Notes under the pieces: model-generated
Seen by the model: only the letters and a program-made list of their open reading frames with translations
Databases searched by the model: none
Told to the model about the DNA's origin: nothing
Assembly: GCA_012840125.1 (NCBI GenBank)
Contig: DULZ01000044.1
Coordinates: 17,975 to 81,974, forward strand
Length of the DNA stretch: 64,000 nucleotides
Origin: Clostridia bacterium
GTDB lineage: Bacteria > Bacillota > DULZ01
Reading direction: 5' to 3'
Shown: positions 45,626 to 54,821 of the stretch, in pieces
Position numbering within the stretch: position 1 is the stretch's first letter
Layout: every line of letters begins with the position of its first letter
Made by a program: the position numbers and the translations under genes

Positions 45626-46657
45626 CTACTCAGGAAAGGATATGGAATCTTTCACGCCGCTGCTCACTTGTACATTCAAGTCCCGGTCAATCATGACACA
45701 ATCCACGCCGGGCCAGTTCTCCACCAGGGCCATGCCTGCTTCCGGCCCCAGGATAAAGACGGCTGTGGCCAGCCCATCCGCCAGCACCCCGCTGGGCGCC
45801 AGGATCGTCACACTGGTTAACTCCCGGGCCGGATAACCGGTAAAGGGATGCAATAAATGAGAAAAACGCTGTCCTTCGTAAAAGCGATAACGCTGGTAAT
45901 CACCGGAAGTGGTGACCGCCCGGTCCTGTACCGTCACCACGGCTATTGCCCGGGACGGGTCCCGCGGGTGGCGGATGCCCAGTTTCCAGGGCCGGCCTTC
46001 CGGATGCCGGCCCAGGACGTAATAATCACCACCGAAATCGATCAAGGCGTTTTCGATCCCCCAGCTTTTCACAAGGGCAGCAATCAGGTCCACAGCATAG
46101 CCTTTGGCGATACCTCCCACATCCAACTTCATCCCGGGCTGGGCCAGCTGCACCAGCCCGCGGGCCGGATCGAGCTTAAGCTCCCGGTAATCCACTAACC
46201 GGCAGGCTTGGGCCACCTCCGCCTGCCCGGGGGGTTGCCAGTTCTCCTGCGCCTCCGGTTTTGAGGCAGGCCCGATCTGCCACAGCTCCGCCAAGGGACC
46301 GATGGTGGGATCAAAATAACCTCCCGTCCTGGCGGCCAAGTCCCGGGCTTGTATCAATAAATCCATGGTCTTATCGCTCACGGGAACCTGTTGACCGGCC
46401 TGGGCATTAATGCGGCTGATGTCGCTGTCAGGGGAAAAACGGTTGAACAACCGGTCCATCTCCGCCAGCTCATTGATCACGGCTTCTTTTTGCGCACCGG
46501 TCAAGCCGGGGGTGGTTAAGCGGAAATAGGTATCCATGCTGAAGGTCTCCAACTGTTCCAGTCGGGGAGGTGGCTCTTTAGTGCAGCCCGGCCAAACCAC
46601 GGCCCCAAGAAGCACCAAGCACCACAGGCTCGCCCGGGCCAGTTTTTTCCCTCCCAT
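45626..46657 (-). CDS. apbE: FAD:protein FMN transferase lipoprotein ApbE
   Basis: Lipobox WPGC; SMDT, FDPTIGPL, DVGGIAKGY, TSGDYQR, ADGLATA. Confidence 0.93.
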   Translation of the reverse strand: MGGKKLARASLWCLVLLGAVVWPGCTKEPPPRLEQLETFSMDTYFRLTTPGLTGAQKEAVINELAEMDRLFNRFSPDSDISRINAQAGQQVPVSDKTMDLLIQARDLAARTGGYFDPTIGPLAELWQIGPASKPEAQENWQPPGQAEVAQACRLVDYRELKLDPARGLVQLAQPGMKLDVGGIAKGYAVDLIAALVKSWGIENALIDFGGDYYVLGRHPEGRPWKLGIRHPRDPSRAIAVVTVQDRAVTTSGDYQRYRFYEGQRFSHLLHPFTGYPARELTSVTILAPSGVLADGLATAVFILGPEAGMALVENWPGVDCVMIDRDLNVQVSSGVKDSISFPE

Positions 46658-46687
46658 GTCCTTCCCCTTTCATCATGCGGTTAGGCA

Positions 46688-47518
46688 TTAAGCCAGCAGT
46701 TTTTGTTCCGGGGATACGGTTTTCGTCAGTTCGATACAACCGGACGGGCATTTAGCGGCACAAGCACCGCAAGCGATGCATTTCGTCACATCTACCTGTG
46801 CCAGGTTGTTCACCATGGACACGGCTTGCTGCTCGCAGGCCTTCACGCAGGCCCGGCATGCCAAACAACCGACCTGGCAGTACTCCCTGACCATCTTTCC
46901 TTTATCATGGGAATTGCAGCGAACTACTAAAGGCACATCATAGTCCATTACAGCCAAAACTCTACGAGGACAAGCTGCCGCACAAGCACCGCAGCCGGTG
47001 CACTTTTCTTTATCCACCACCGGCAGGTGATCTTCGCCCAGGGTGATGGCACCGAAAACGCACACGGTGGTGCAGGTCCCCAAGCCCAGGCAGCCTTCAT
47101 GGCACCCCTTGGGACTGGACCCGATCAGGGACGCGGCCCGGCAGTCCTTGATCCCCTCGTATTGAGCCAACCACCTGGCCAGCTTGTAATCACCCCGGCA
47201 GCGTACCTTCACCACTTGTTTTTTCCGGGTTCCGGAAGCTTCTACCCCCAGAATGGCACAGATTTCTTTTTTCGCCTCGGCATCAACCACCCGGCAAGCA
47301 TCCACCGAGGCCGCTCCCGCCGCCAGGGCTTCAGTATAACCGGAACAGCCGCTGCAGCCGCAGCTGCCGCAGTTGGCGCCCGGCAAGAAGGAAGCCAGCA
47401 GCTCCACTTTGGGATCGCTGTCCACCTTGAACTTACCTGCCGCCCAGGCCAACCCTGCCGCAAACACAACCCCCAGTCCACCCATTACACCGGCGGAAAC
47501 CAAGACTTCCTTTAGCAT
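46688..47518 (-). CDS. rnfB: Rnf subunit B (polyferredoxin)
   Basis: TM anchor, LPGANCGSCG, GCLGLGTC, CTGCGAC, GCLACRAC, CIACGAC. Confidence 0.92.
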   Translation of the reverse strand: MLKEVLVSAGVMGGLGVVFAAGLAWAAGKFKVDSDPKVELLASFLPGANCGSCGCSGCSGYTEALAAGAASVDACRVVDAEAKKEICAILGVEASGTRKKQVVKVRCRGDYKLARWLAQYEGIKDCRAASLIGSSPKGCHEGCLGLGTCTTVCVFGAITLGEDHLPVVDKEKCTGCGACAAACPRRVLAVMDYDVPLVVRCNSHDKGKMVREYCQVGCLACRACVKACEQQAVSMVNNLAQVDVTKCIACGACAAKCPSGCIELTKTVSPEQKLLA

Positions 47519-47551
47519 TGTTGTTCCCCCTTTCCTTTTTTACTATCAGGC

Positions 47552-48133
47552 TCACATAGGCACTAACCCGGAAAAGCCCAGAAAAGCCATCGACATGATA
47601 CCGGCGATGATTAGGGCCAAGCTGGTCCCTTTAAAGGCCGGCGGCACGTCCGCAAATTCCAGTTCTTCCCTGATACCCGCCATCATCACCAGGGCAAATG
47701 TGAAACCTGCACCCGCTCCAATGGCAAAGACCGTGGTTTCCAAGAAAGTGTACGTGCTTCCGGCCACAATTAACGCAATGCCGAGGATGGCACAGTTAGT
47801 GGTAATCAAGGCCAAATAAATACCCATGGCTTGATACAACTGCGGGAAAAACTTTTTCAGCATCATCTCCAGCAGCTGCACTAAACAAGCAATCATCAAA
47901 ATGAATACCACGATTTTCATAAACTCCAGGCCCAAGGGATCCAGGATGTATTCGTAGACCAGCCAAGAAGCCATGGCGGACACCACAAGTACAAATGACG
48001 CGGCCAACCCCATGCCCCAGGCGGCATCCAGTTTCCGGGTCATGCCCAGGAAAGGACAGATGCCCAGGAAACGCGCCAGCACAAAGTTGTTGACCAGGGC
48101 GGATCCTACCAGCAAGAGCAGCAACTCTTTCAT
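47552..48133 (-). CDS. rnfA: Rnf subunit A
   Basis: NNFVLARFLGICPF, LITTNCAILG, AGIREE; both Fe-S Cys present. Confidence 0.95.
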   Translation of the reverse strand: MKELLLLLVGSALVNNFVLARFLGICPFLGMTRKLDAAWGMGLAASFVLVVSAMASWLVYEYILDPLGLEFMKIVVFILMIACLVQLLEMMLKKFFPQLYQAMGIYLALITTNCAILGIALIVAGSTYTFLETTVFAIGAGAGFTFALVMMAGIREELEFADVPPAFKGTSLALIIAGIMSMAFLGFSGLVPM

Positions 48134-48789
48134 GATTTCGCGGCCTCCTTCCCGACCAGCCTAATTTGATGCCTAGCGGCCTGCTGGAATTGACGCGCCC
48201 GGCGCATTTCCACAAAGTTGAGGACAAAGACGATGAGGCCCATGGTCAGGAAAGCCCCGGGAGGCATCTGCATGATCTTCCACGGTATAAAGCTTTCCCC
48301 CATGATTTGAAAACCAAACAGAGTGCCGGCACCCAGCAGTTCCCTGACGCAGCCGATGAAAGTCAAAGCCCAGGTAAAGCCTAAACCAGTGCCGACGGCA
48401 TCGGTAACAGCCCGGGAAATGGGCATTTTGGAGGCAAAGGCTTCGGCTCGCCCCAGGATAATGCAGTTCACGACGATGAGAGGCACAAATATGCCTAGAA
48501 TTTTATAAATCTCCGGCAGCATGGCTTTTAATAACAGATCCACAATGGTCACAAAAGTAGCGATAATCACGATATAGGCGGGGATGCGAATCTGGCTGGG
48601 AATTAGCTTTTTCAAAGCCGAGATGATGGTGCTGGAGCAGATTAAAACCGCCGTCGTAGCCAACCCCATGATCAAACCGCTTTCCGCAGAAGTGGTCACC
48701 GCCAGCGGGGGACACATCCCGATCAACATCCTAAAGGTCGGGTTTTCCCGGAACAGGCCCCGCAGGATATCATCAAAATGATGTTGCAT
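48130..48789 (-). CDS. rnfE: Rnf subunit E
   Basis: ENP...GMCPPLAVT, IRIP, PLIVVNCIILGRAE, PPGAF. Confidence 0.95.
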   Translation of the reverse strand: MQHHFDDILRGLFRENPTFRMLIGMCPPLAVTTSAESGLIMGLATTAVLICSSTIISALKKLIPSQIRIPAYIVIIATFVTIVDLLLKAMLPEIYKILGIFVPLIVVNCIILGRAEAFASKMPISRAVTDAVGTGLGFTWALTFIGCVRELLGAGTLFGFQIMGESFIPWKIMQMPPGAFLTMGLIVFVLNFVEMRRARQFQQAARHQIRLVGKEAAKS

Positions 48790-48801
48790 CTTTATCCCTC
48801 C

Positions 48802-49359
48802 TTACTCCTCTCCTACATAGGCCAGCACCTGCTGCACCGTAGTGCCCACCGTAGCCGTCACCGCTACCGAGGAAACGGTAGCCCCGGTAATGCCGTCCAC
48901 GTCTTGGCCTACGGCAAAGGGATCCCCCACCGGTTTCCCTGGAAACTGGCTCAAAAAGGCTTCATCGGTTTCAATGCGGGAACCCAAGCCCGGCGTCTCC
49001 CCGTGGCTCAACACTTTGATGCCGGCCAGGGAGTTAGTGCTGAGATCGATGCCGACGGCTATTTTCATCTCCCCGCCGTAGCCCGTTCCCACGGCCTCAT
49101 ACGCAATACCGATCCTGCGGTTGTTTTCATCCAACCCTTCATAGACTTGGGTGACCCCGGCCGGCAGCTCCCCCTGCGCTTCCACCGCTTGGAAACGCTG
49201 GGCCGCAGGCAGCACTTCCTTAAAGCCTTTACTGATCATTTCCTCCATCTGCCTGGCTTCCACGATGGGCATGGTAAAACTGTAAAACGCTCCTAATCCG
49301 CCACCGGAAATCGCTGCAATGAGACCGAGAGTCAAAATCAACTTGATGGCATTTTTCAT
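48802..49359 (-). CDS. rnfG: Rnf subunit G (covalent FMN)
   Basis: TM anchor, GYGG, HGETPGLG, intact DGITGAT flavinylation motif. Confidence 0.93.
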   Translation of the reverse strand: MKNAIKLILTLGLIAAISGGGLGAFYSFTMPIVEARQMEEMISKGFKEVLPAAQRFQAVEAQGELPAGVTQVYEGLDENNRRIGIAYEAVGTGYGGEMKIAVGIDLSTNSLAGIKVLSHGETPGLGSRIETDEAFLSQFPGKPVGDPFAVGQDVDGITGATVSSVAVTATVGTTVQQVLAYVGEE

Positions 49360-50306
49360 ATGGCGGCTCCCCTCCTTTTAGCCCGCAAGAAACGATTGAG
49401 CATGGGCGTTAAACCGTTCATGAGCAAGACAGCGTAAAAAAGGGCATCGGGATTCTGCCCGTAGTATCGCATCACAACCGTAAACAAACCCACACCTATC
49501 CCAAACACCAACCTGCCCCAAGGGGTAATCGGGTTGGTAACCGGGTCCCCGGCCAGGTAAAAAGCTCCCAGGATTAATCCCCCTACCAGCAAATGCCACA
49601 GGGGATCTTCGCCCACCAGGAGCATGAAAATGCCCACCGCGGCCAGCATACCGAGGGGGATTCTCCAATCCACGTAACCCTTGGCCACCAGTACCAGGCC
49701 TCCCAAAACCAGCGCCACCACGGCGAATTCCGCCATGAAACTACCCGTACTTCCCAGAAGCAGGGATTGATAACCGGGTAACGCTTCCCCGGCTTTCCAC
49801 AAATCCATCGGGCTTGGCACTCCCGTACCGCCGGAGAAAGGCAGGGTCCAATTGCTAACCTGTTCCGGGAAGGAAACAGCCAGGAAAACACGGCCTACCA
49901 CCGCCGGATTAAATGGGTTGCACCCGGTTCCACCGAAGACCTGCTTGCCAATGGTAATGGCAAAGACAGCACCCAGCATCGCTGCCCAAAAAGGCACCGT
50001 CGGGGGCAGGGTCAAAGCCAGAATCAACCCTGTTAAAACAGCCGTACCGTCCATGAGGCTTAAAGGCTTGTTTCTCAGTTTCAGGCAAGCTGCCTCCGTC
50101 AAGACCGCCGTACCCACACAGAGGGACAGCACCAGCAGGGCCGGCCAGCCGAACAGGTACAGCACCCAGAGCACCGCCGGCATTAATGAACCAATAGTCC
50201 AGTACACAATCTTGTCTACGGAAATGGCCGCATGAATGTGAGGCGGCGGGGAAGTAATCAGCCTCAAATGATAGATTCTTTTTTCCTCGGCCTTTAGCAC
50301 AGACAT
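49356..50306 (-). CDS. rnfD: Rnf subunit D, divergent flavinylation loop
   Basis: TSPPPH, KQVFGG...NPFNPA, GDPVTNP, LLMN; WTLPFSGGTGVPSP instead of D-x-x-(T/S)-x-A-T-P; start ATG 50306. Confidence 0.88.
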   Translation of the reverse strand: MSVLKAEEKRIYHLRLITSPPPHIHAAISVDKIVYWTIGSLMPAVLWVLYLFGWPALLVLSLCVGTAVLTEAACLKLRNKPLSLMDGTAVLTGLILALTLPPTVPFWAAMLGAVFAITIGKQVFGGTGCNPFNPAVVGRVFLAVSFPEQVSNWTLPFSGGTGVPSPMDLWKAGEALPGYQSLLLGSTGSFMAEFAVVALVLGGLVLVAKGYVDWRIPLGMLAAVGIFMLLVGEDPLWHLLVGGLILGAFYLAGDPVTNPITPWGRLVFGIGVGLFTVVMRYYGQNPDALFYAVLLMNGLTPMLNRFLRAKRRGAAI

Positions 50307-50332
50307 TTTTGTCACCTCCTTGACCAACGCTC

Positions 50333-51598
50333 CTAGCTGACCAGCATCTTTTTCGCCAGTCTCAGTAACTGCAGTAAGGGTTTCCCGGCAGGGCAAACAT
50401 AAGAGCACCGGCCGCACTCATTACACAACAAAACCCCTTCTACCTTGGCCGCTTCCCAGTTTTGTCGCGCTGCATAAGCGGCAATTCGCTGGGGCAATAG
50501 TTTAACCTGGCAGACTTGGTAGCACCGGCCGCAGTGAATGCAAGCCCGGTCCAGGTAATGAAAAACCTCATCTTCACAGAAAGTCAGGATGGAAAAAACT
50601 CCTTTGCCGACAGGCAAGTCAAGCCTGGGTACGGAAGTACCGTTGAGAGCGCAGCCTACCACCACCTTGGCCAGCTCCGTTTCCTTGACTTCGGCGGAAA
50701 TGAGCACTTCTCCCAGGTCAGTTCCCAACGGCACTTGATAATAGCCCGGTCTCCTGACCCCGTTTCCTTCCACCAAAATCAACTGTTCCATATACGGTTC
50801 TCCCAGGAACAGGGCCCGGTGAATTGCCCTGGCTTGCTGCAGAGTGACCGGCAAAATCTCTTCCGCCAGCGGCGAGGCGCCCCGCTCCAGGGGACGACCG
50901 GCGATTTCTTCCACCGCCCATTTCACCGGCATATCGGGTGAATTCCCGGCACCGGGCAAAGTCCTGGCTTTAGGGAATTCGCTCAACAATGTCTTAAGGG
51001 TGGGACTGGGGTGGCTGTGCCAGACTAACCCAGCCTCCGGGTACAGTGTGAATAAGACCCGCAAGCCGGAGATTACCTCATGAAACCAAGGAGGCAACTC
51101 TTCCCCACCGGACCCGTTAAGCGCCCCCACCCACCCGTGGAGAAGGAGGGTATGGATGCCGGCTCCGGGAGACGGCAGCCCGTACACAAAAGTGGTCCCG
51201 TCCACAAAAGTAATCACAATCCCCGCTGCATTTAATCGTTCATAAATCTCCGCCGCCGTCATGCCATTTATACCTGTTATTTTGGACAACTCTACACTTT
51301 CCCCCAAACCGTCATTCTCCACCACTACCGTGGTGGCCGGCACACCTTCACAGTTATCCATCACCGCAATTTGTTTCACTCTACCGCTCACGGGACTGTG
51401 AACCGCTGCCCCTCCGGTCACCGCCACCGGCTGTCCCCGTAAAACTCTCGTGCCGGGCTCCACCAGCACCTCACAGGGCAAATCTTGACGCTGGCACGGT
51501 ATCCTGACCACCGGCGGAAGGGTCACAGGCAGTATCTCCAGGTCATGGGGAACAGATTGCTTCTTTTCGTCATGTTTTCCGAAAGTCGATGATATCAT
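50333..51598 (-). CDS. rnfC: Rnf subunit C homolog lacking FMN/NADH motifs
   Basis: VHSPVSG, AAGIV, SLBB region and two Fe-S motifs (CIHCGRC, CNECGRCSYVCP) kept; GGAGFP, NGAECEP, YPQG, GGPMMG replaced. Confidence 0.85.
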   Translation of the reverse strand: MISSTFGKHDEKKQSVPHDLEILPVTLPPVVRIPCQRQDLPCEVLVEPGTRVLRGQPVAVTGGAAVHSPVSGRVKQIAVMDNCEGVPATTVVVENDGLGESVELSKITGINGMTAAEIYERLNAAGIVITFVDGTTFVYGLPSPGAGIHTLLLHGWVGALNGSGGEELPPWFHEVISGLRVLFTLYPEAGLVWHSHPSPTLKTLLSEFPKARTLPGAGNSPDMPVKWAVEEIAGRPLERGASPLAEEILPVTLQQARAIHRALFLGEPYMEQLILVEGNGVRRPGYYQVPLGTDLGEVLISAEVKETELAKVVVGCALNGTSVPRLDLPVGKGVFSILTFCEDEVFHYLDRACIHCGRCYQVCQVKLLPQRIAAYAARQNWEAAKVEGVLLCNECGRCSYVCPAGKPLLQLLRLAKKMLVS

Positions 51599-51610
51599 AT
51601 AGTTGCCCCC

Positions 51611-51712
51611 TTGTGATAGTGTTAATTATCTCTAATTATTCTAACATCTTGAGGATTCGCAATTCTAAGCAAATACTGGCGGACTGATAACTTTTTTCTA
51701 ACAATTGTCTAA
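51611..51712 (-). promoter_or_regulatory. rnf operon promoter region
   Basis: Extended -10 TG-t-TAGAAT (51638-51646); Rex-like TTGTGATAGTGTTAATTA (51611-51628); TTAGA direct repeat at 11-bp spacing (51697-51712). Confidence 0.5.
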
Positions 51713-51743
51713 TGCTGGTTGCCATCCCATTACTTAGACAAAG

Positions 51744-51808
51744 AAAGACCCGCAAGCAGGCAACGGCCCCCGAACACTTCCGGCCGGTCATGCTTGCGGG
51801 CTCTTTTT
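51744..51808. terminator. Long-loop hairpin after the two-component operon
   Basis: CCCGCAAGCA / TGCTTGCGGG stem flanked by A- and T-runs. Confidence 0.5.
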
Positions 51809-51818
51809 CCGGCATTTT

Positions 51819-52541
51819 TTAATCCGCATTTCTCACTTGTACCTCTCCGCCGCCGAACTTGTAACCTACCCCCCAGACGGTTTTAATGTAGCGCGGATTG
51901 GATGGGTCTTTCTCGATTTTTTCCCGCAGGCGACTGACCATTACTGTGACGTTATCTGCATCACCTATATAATCGCTGTCCCAGATCTGGTCCAACAAGT
52001 TCTCTCTCGTAAAAACATAGTCGGGATGAGATGCGAGCAACCACAACAGCTTAAACTCTTTCGGCGTCAGCTGTACCTCTTTACCGTCGAGCATTACCAA
52101 ATGCCCGCGCAAATCGATAAAGAGACCATTGCATTTAATGACATTGGGTTCTGCCGCTTTACTGCTCCTTTGCCCGGCGGTCCTTCGCAACATGGCTTGC
52201 ACCCGGAGAGCCAGCTCCGAAGGGCTGAATGGCTTGGTGAGGTAATCATCGCCACCCATCCTGAAGCCCAGCAGCCGGTCTAACTCGTCCCCCCGGGCGG
52301 ACAGGATGATAATGGGCACATCCGATTCTTCTCTCATCACCCGGCAGACCTCAAAGCCATCAACTTTCGGCAGCATCAAATCCAGGATCACCAGGTCGGG
52401 TTTTTCGCGCCGGAACACTTCAATGGCCTCTTCCCCGTCGCTGGCGGTAATGATTTCGTGCCCCTCCCTGGACAGCCGGTGCACAATCACCTTTAGAATA
52501 TCAGGTTCATCGTCTACCGCCAAGATTCTGCTACCTGCCAT
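51819..52541 (-). CDS. OmpR-family response regulator
   Basis: VDDEP, LDLMLP, GGDDYLTKPF, LTPKEF, IKTVWGVGY winged HTH. Confidence 0.95.
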   Translation of the reverse strand: MAGSRILAVDDEPDILKVIVHRLSREGHEIITASDGEEAIEVFRREKPDLVILDLMLPKVDGFEVCRVMREESDVPIIILSARGDELDRLLGFRMGGDDYLTKPFSPSELALRVQAMLRRTAGQRSSKAAEPNVIKCNGLFIDLRGHLVMLDGKEVQLTPKEFKLLWLLASHPDYVFTRENLLDQIWDSDYIGDADNVTVMVSRLREKIEKDPSNPRYIKTVWGVGYKFGGGEVQVRNAD

Positions 52542-54225
52542 CTTCTGTCACCCCCGCTTCTTTTAAGATTTTTGGTATCGTAAAGTAAAAATTGGATCCC
52601 ATACCTAAATCGCTTTCCACCCAGATCCTCCCCCCATGCATTTCCACAAAGCTCTTCGCAATAGCCAGGCCCAATCCTGTGCCCGGGTGCTTGCGGGTAG
52701 ACGAACCGTCCACTTGACGGAACGCCTCAAAAATATATTCCTGTTGTTCGGGAGCAATGCCTATCCCCGTGTCGCTGACGCAGACCAGCACTTCCTGCTC
52801 ATGCTCCTTATAGCAAGCTTTGATGCGCACCAATCCTCCCGCATCAGTGAATTTCACGGCATTGCTGATCAAGTTGACCAGGACCTGATCTACTTTCTCC
52901 TTGTCTGCGTACACCTCTGTACCGGGAAGTTCTTCCTCCACCAGTATCCTGACTTCCTTTTTTAAGGCGATGGGCTCCATGCGATGGGCCACATCCCGGA
53001 TCACATCTGCCATGGCAAACCAGGAAGGCAGTAAACCCATCTTTTTCGCTTCGATTTTGGCCATATCCAGAATAGCATTGATGGAAGTCAACAATCGCTG
53101 GCTGCCTCGCAGGACGTCGTTGAGGTATTCTTTTTGCAGGTCTGTCAACTCTCCTCCCACCCCCTCTAACAGGAGCTCCACAAAGGCCGTAATGGAAGTC
53201 AGCGGTGTGCGGAGCTCATGGCTCACGCTGGCCAGGAACTCTGACTTTAACTTATTCGCTTCCGCCAAACGGCGGTTGGCTTTCCGCAACTCTTCCTGCT
53301 GCTGCTTCAGAATCTCGTTGGCATGCCGCAGTTCGGCGGTTCGCTCGGCCACCTGGTGTTCCAGGTCATCGTAATATCGTTTCAGGCGGGTGGCCATACT
53401 GTCCAATTGCTTCGCCAGCTGGCGAATTTCCACCGGAATGGTAATGTTAGGCAAGGGATAATCCAAGTGCCCTTCCCCGATGGCCGTGGCGGCCCAAGCC
53501 AGTTTCGTCAACGGGCGTTCCACCAGCTGCCGCACAAACCAGTAAATAGCCAGGGCACTTAACACGATGAGGGAGCCGGTGATGGCCACTTGGGCGATGG
53601 TTTCAGTACGCAGGGTTTCCTCCAGCACCACCATGGGTATCCCTAGACTCACGGCCCCGGCCAGTTCCCCCAGTTCATACCGGGGTACTTCCTGGGAAAA
53701 GGCAATGCGGCTGTCATTGCTGTGACAAGTCAGGCAGGGCTCTTCAATATGGATCGGCAATAAATACCGGAAATACCTCCTGCCGTCGATGGTATCAATG
53801 CCCCAGGCCTCTTGGGCATTCTGACCTGCCCGCAGTTGGCCTAACAGCTCCAGCTCAAATGCATCGGGTGCATGGAGGTCATCACTGCTAGGCAGCCAGA
53901 TTTCTTTAAAAAACCAGGCCTCATCCCCGCGAAACAGCTCCCGCACCCCTTTTTCCGCCGCCGCCGGGTCCAAGTGTTCAAACTGGGCCAGGTTCTTGGG
54001 ATCGGTACCGGGATAGTAATACTGGTAACTCTCTGCCACGAAAGCCCGCGTAGCCAAAAACTGGGACGCAGCCACCCTGGCCTTGTCCATCAGTTCGGCT
54101 TCCGCCCTGGCTTTTTGCCGCTCGAAAGTCCAAACAAAACTTACCACGGACACCCAGATGGTAATGATGGCCAGACACAAAACCAACCGGACTCCCAGCT
54201 TGTCAAGCAATCTGGCGTTTTTCAT
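52531..54225 (-). CDS. Sensor histidine kinase with an extracytoplasmic heme-c (DUF3365-like) domain and HAMP
   Basis: TM - YFRYLLPIHIEEPCLTCH - TM, HAMP, SHELRTPL, NLISNAVKF, GTGLGL. Confidence 0.9.
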   Translation of the reverse strand: MKNARLLDKLGVRLVLCLAIITIWVSVVSFVWTFERQKARAEAELMDKARVAASQFLATRAFVAESYQYYYPGTDPKNLAQFEHLDPAAAEKGVRELFRGDEAWFFKEIWLPSSDDLHAPDAFELELLGQLRAGQNAQEAWGIDTIDGRRYFRYLLPIHIEEPCLTCHSNDSRIAFSQEVPRYELGELAGAVSLGIPMVVLEETLRTETIAQVAITGSLIVLSALAIYWFVRQLVERPLTKLAWAATAIGEGHLDYPLPNITIPVEIRQLAKQLDSMATRLKRYYDDLEHQVAERTAELRHANEILKQQQEELRKANRRLAEANKLKSEFLASVSHELRTPLTSITAFVELLLEGVGGELTDLQKEYLNDVLRGSQRLLTSINAILDMAKIEAKKMGLLPSWFAMADVIRDVAHRMEPIALKKEVRILVEEELPGTEVYADKEKVDQVLVNLISNAVKFTDAGGLVRIKACYKEHEQEVLVCVSDTGIGIAPEQQEYIFEAFRQVDGSSTRKHPGTGLGLAIAKSFVEMHGGRIWVESDLGMGSNFYFTIPKILKEAGVTEDGR

Positions 54226-54355
54226 CGGTACCGTCTCCGTTCTGATAAAATAAAGCAACACAAACTCAAAGAAAGGTTAACTTCTATGCAATATTTTAAC
54301 ATGTTCTAGCGTTCACAAACAAGGTTAAAACAGGTAATTTTGATTATTTCATCGA

Positions 54356-54637
54356 CTATTTTTTATTCTCTTCCCCCGCCTGGTATAGTAAATCACAGGC
54401 TTTTTCTACCAGGTGGGCGGGAACGTATATTTCCACACCGAAGGAAGATCCCGTATAAATCTTCGCCAGGCTGCTGTACCCGGGATACCGGCGCATGGTC
54501 GGAACCTCATTGGTTTCCAGCCAACCTGTAATAATGTCTGCTTCCACATCGTTCAACACACTCTGCAAGAAGACCCAACTGCTGCTTCCGTTATGCTCTG
54601 CCTCTCCGGCATCGGATGAGCCAAACGGCATGGGCAT
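54356..54637 (-). CDS. DUF2007-like putative signal-transducing protein
   Basis: W.FL, EADIITGWLETNEVP, VEIYVP...A..LL pattern. Confidence 0.65.
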   Translation of the reverse strand: MPMPFGSSDAGEAEHNGSSSWVFLQSVLNDVEADIITGWLETNEVPTMRRYPGYSSLAKIYTGSSFGVEIYVPAHLVEKACDLLYQAGEENKK

Positions 54638-54821
54638 GGCCGGTCACCTCGGCATTCCTGTGATTTTTCTAGTTTGAACCCCATATGCCTCTACCATACA
54701 TATTACGCTTCTTAAGACTGTATTTCCTGCTCCGGAATTTTTTCTTGCTGAAACCCGCCAGCAGGATTACAATATGACTATCTAATATTTACCAGTTTTC
54801 TGGGGGGAGGAATAAAATTGC

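Noticed and set aside
50333-51598. rnfC as a pseudogene
   Set aside because: Full-length open frame, Fe-S motif cysteines kept, good RBS; losses appear concentrated at the cofactor motifs
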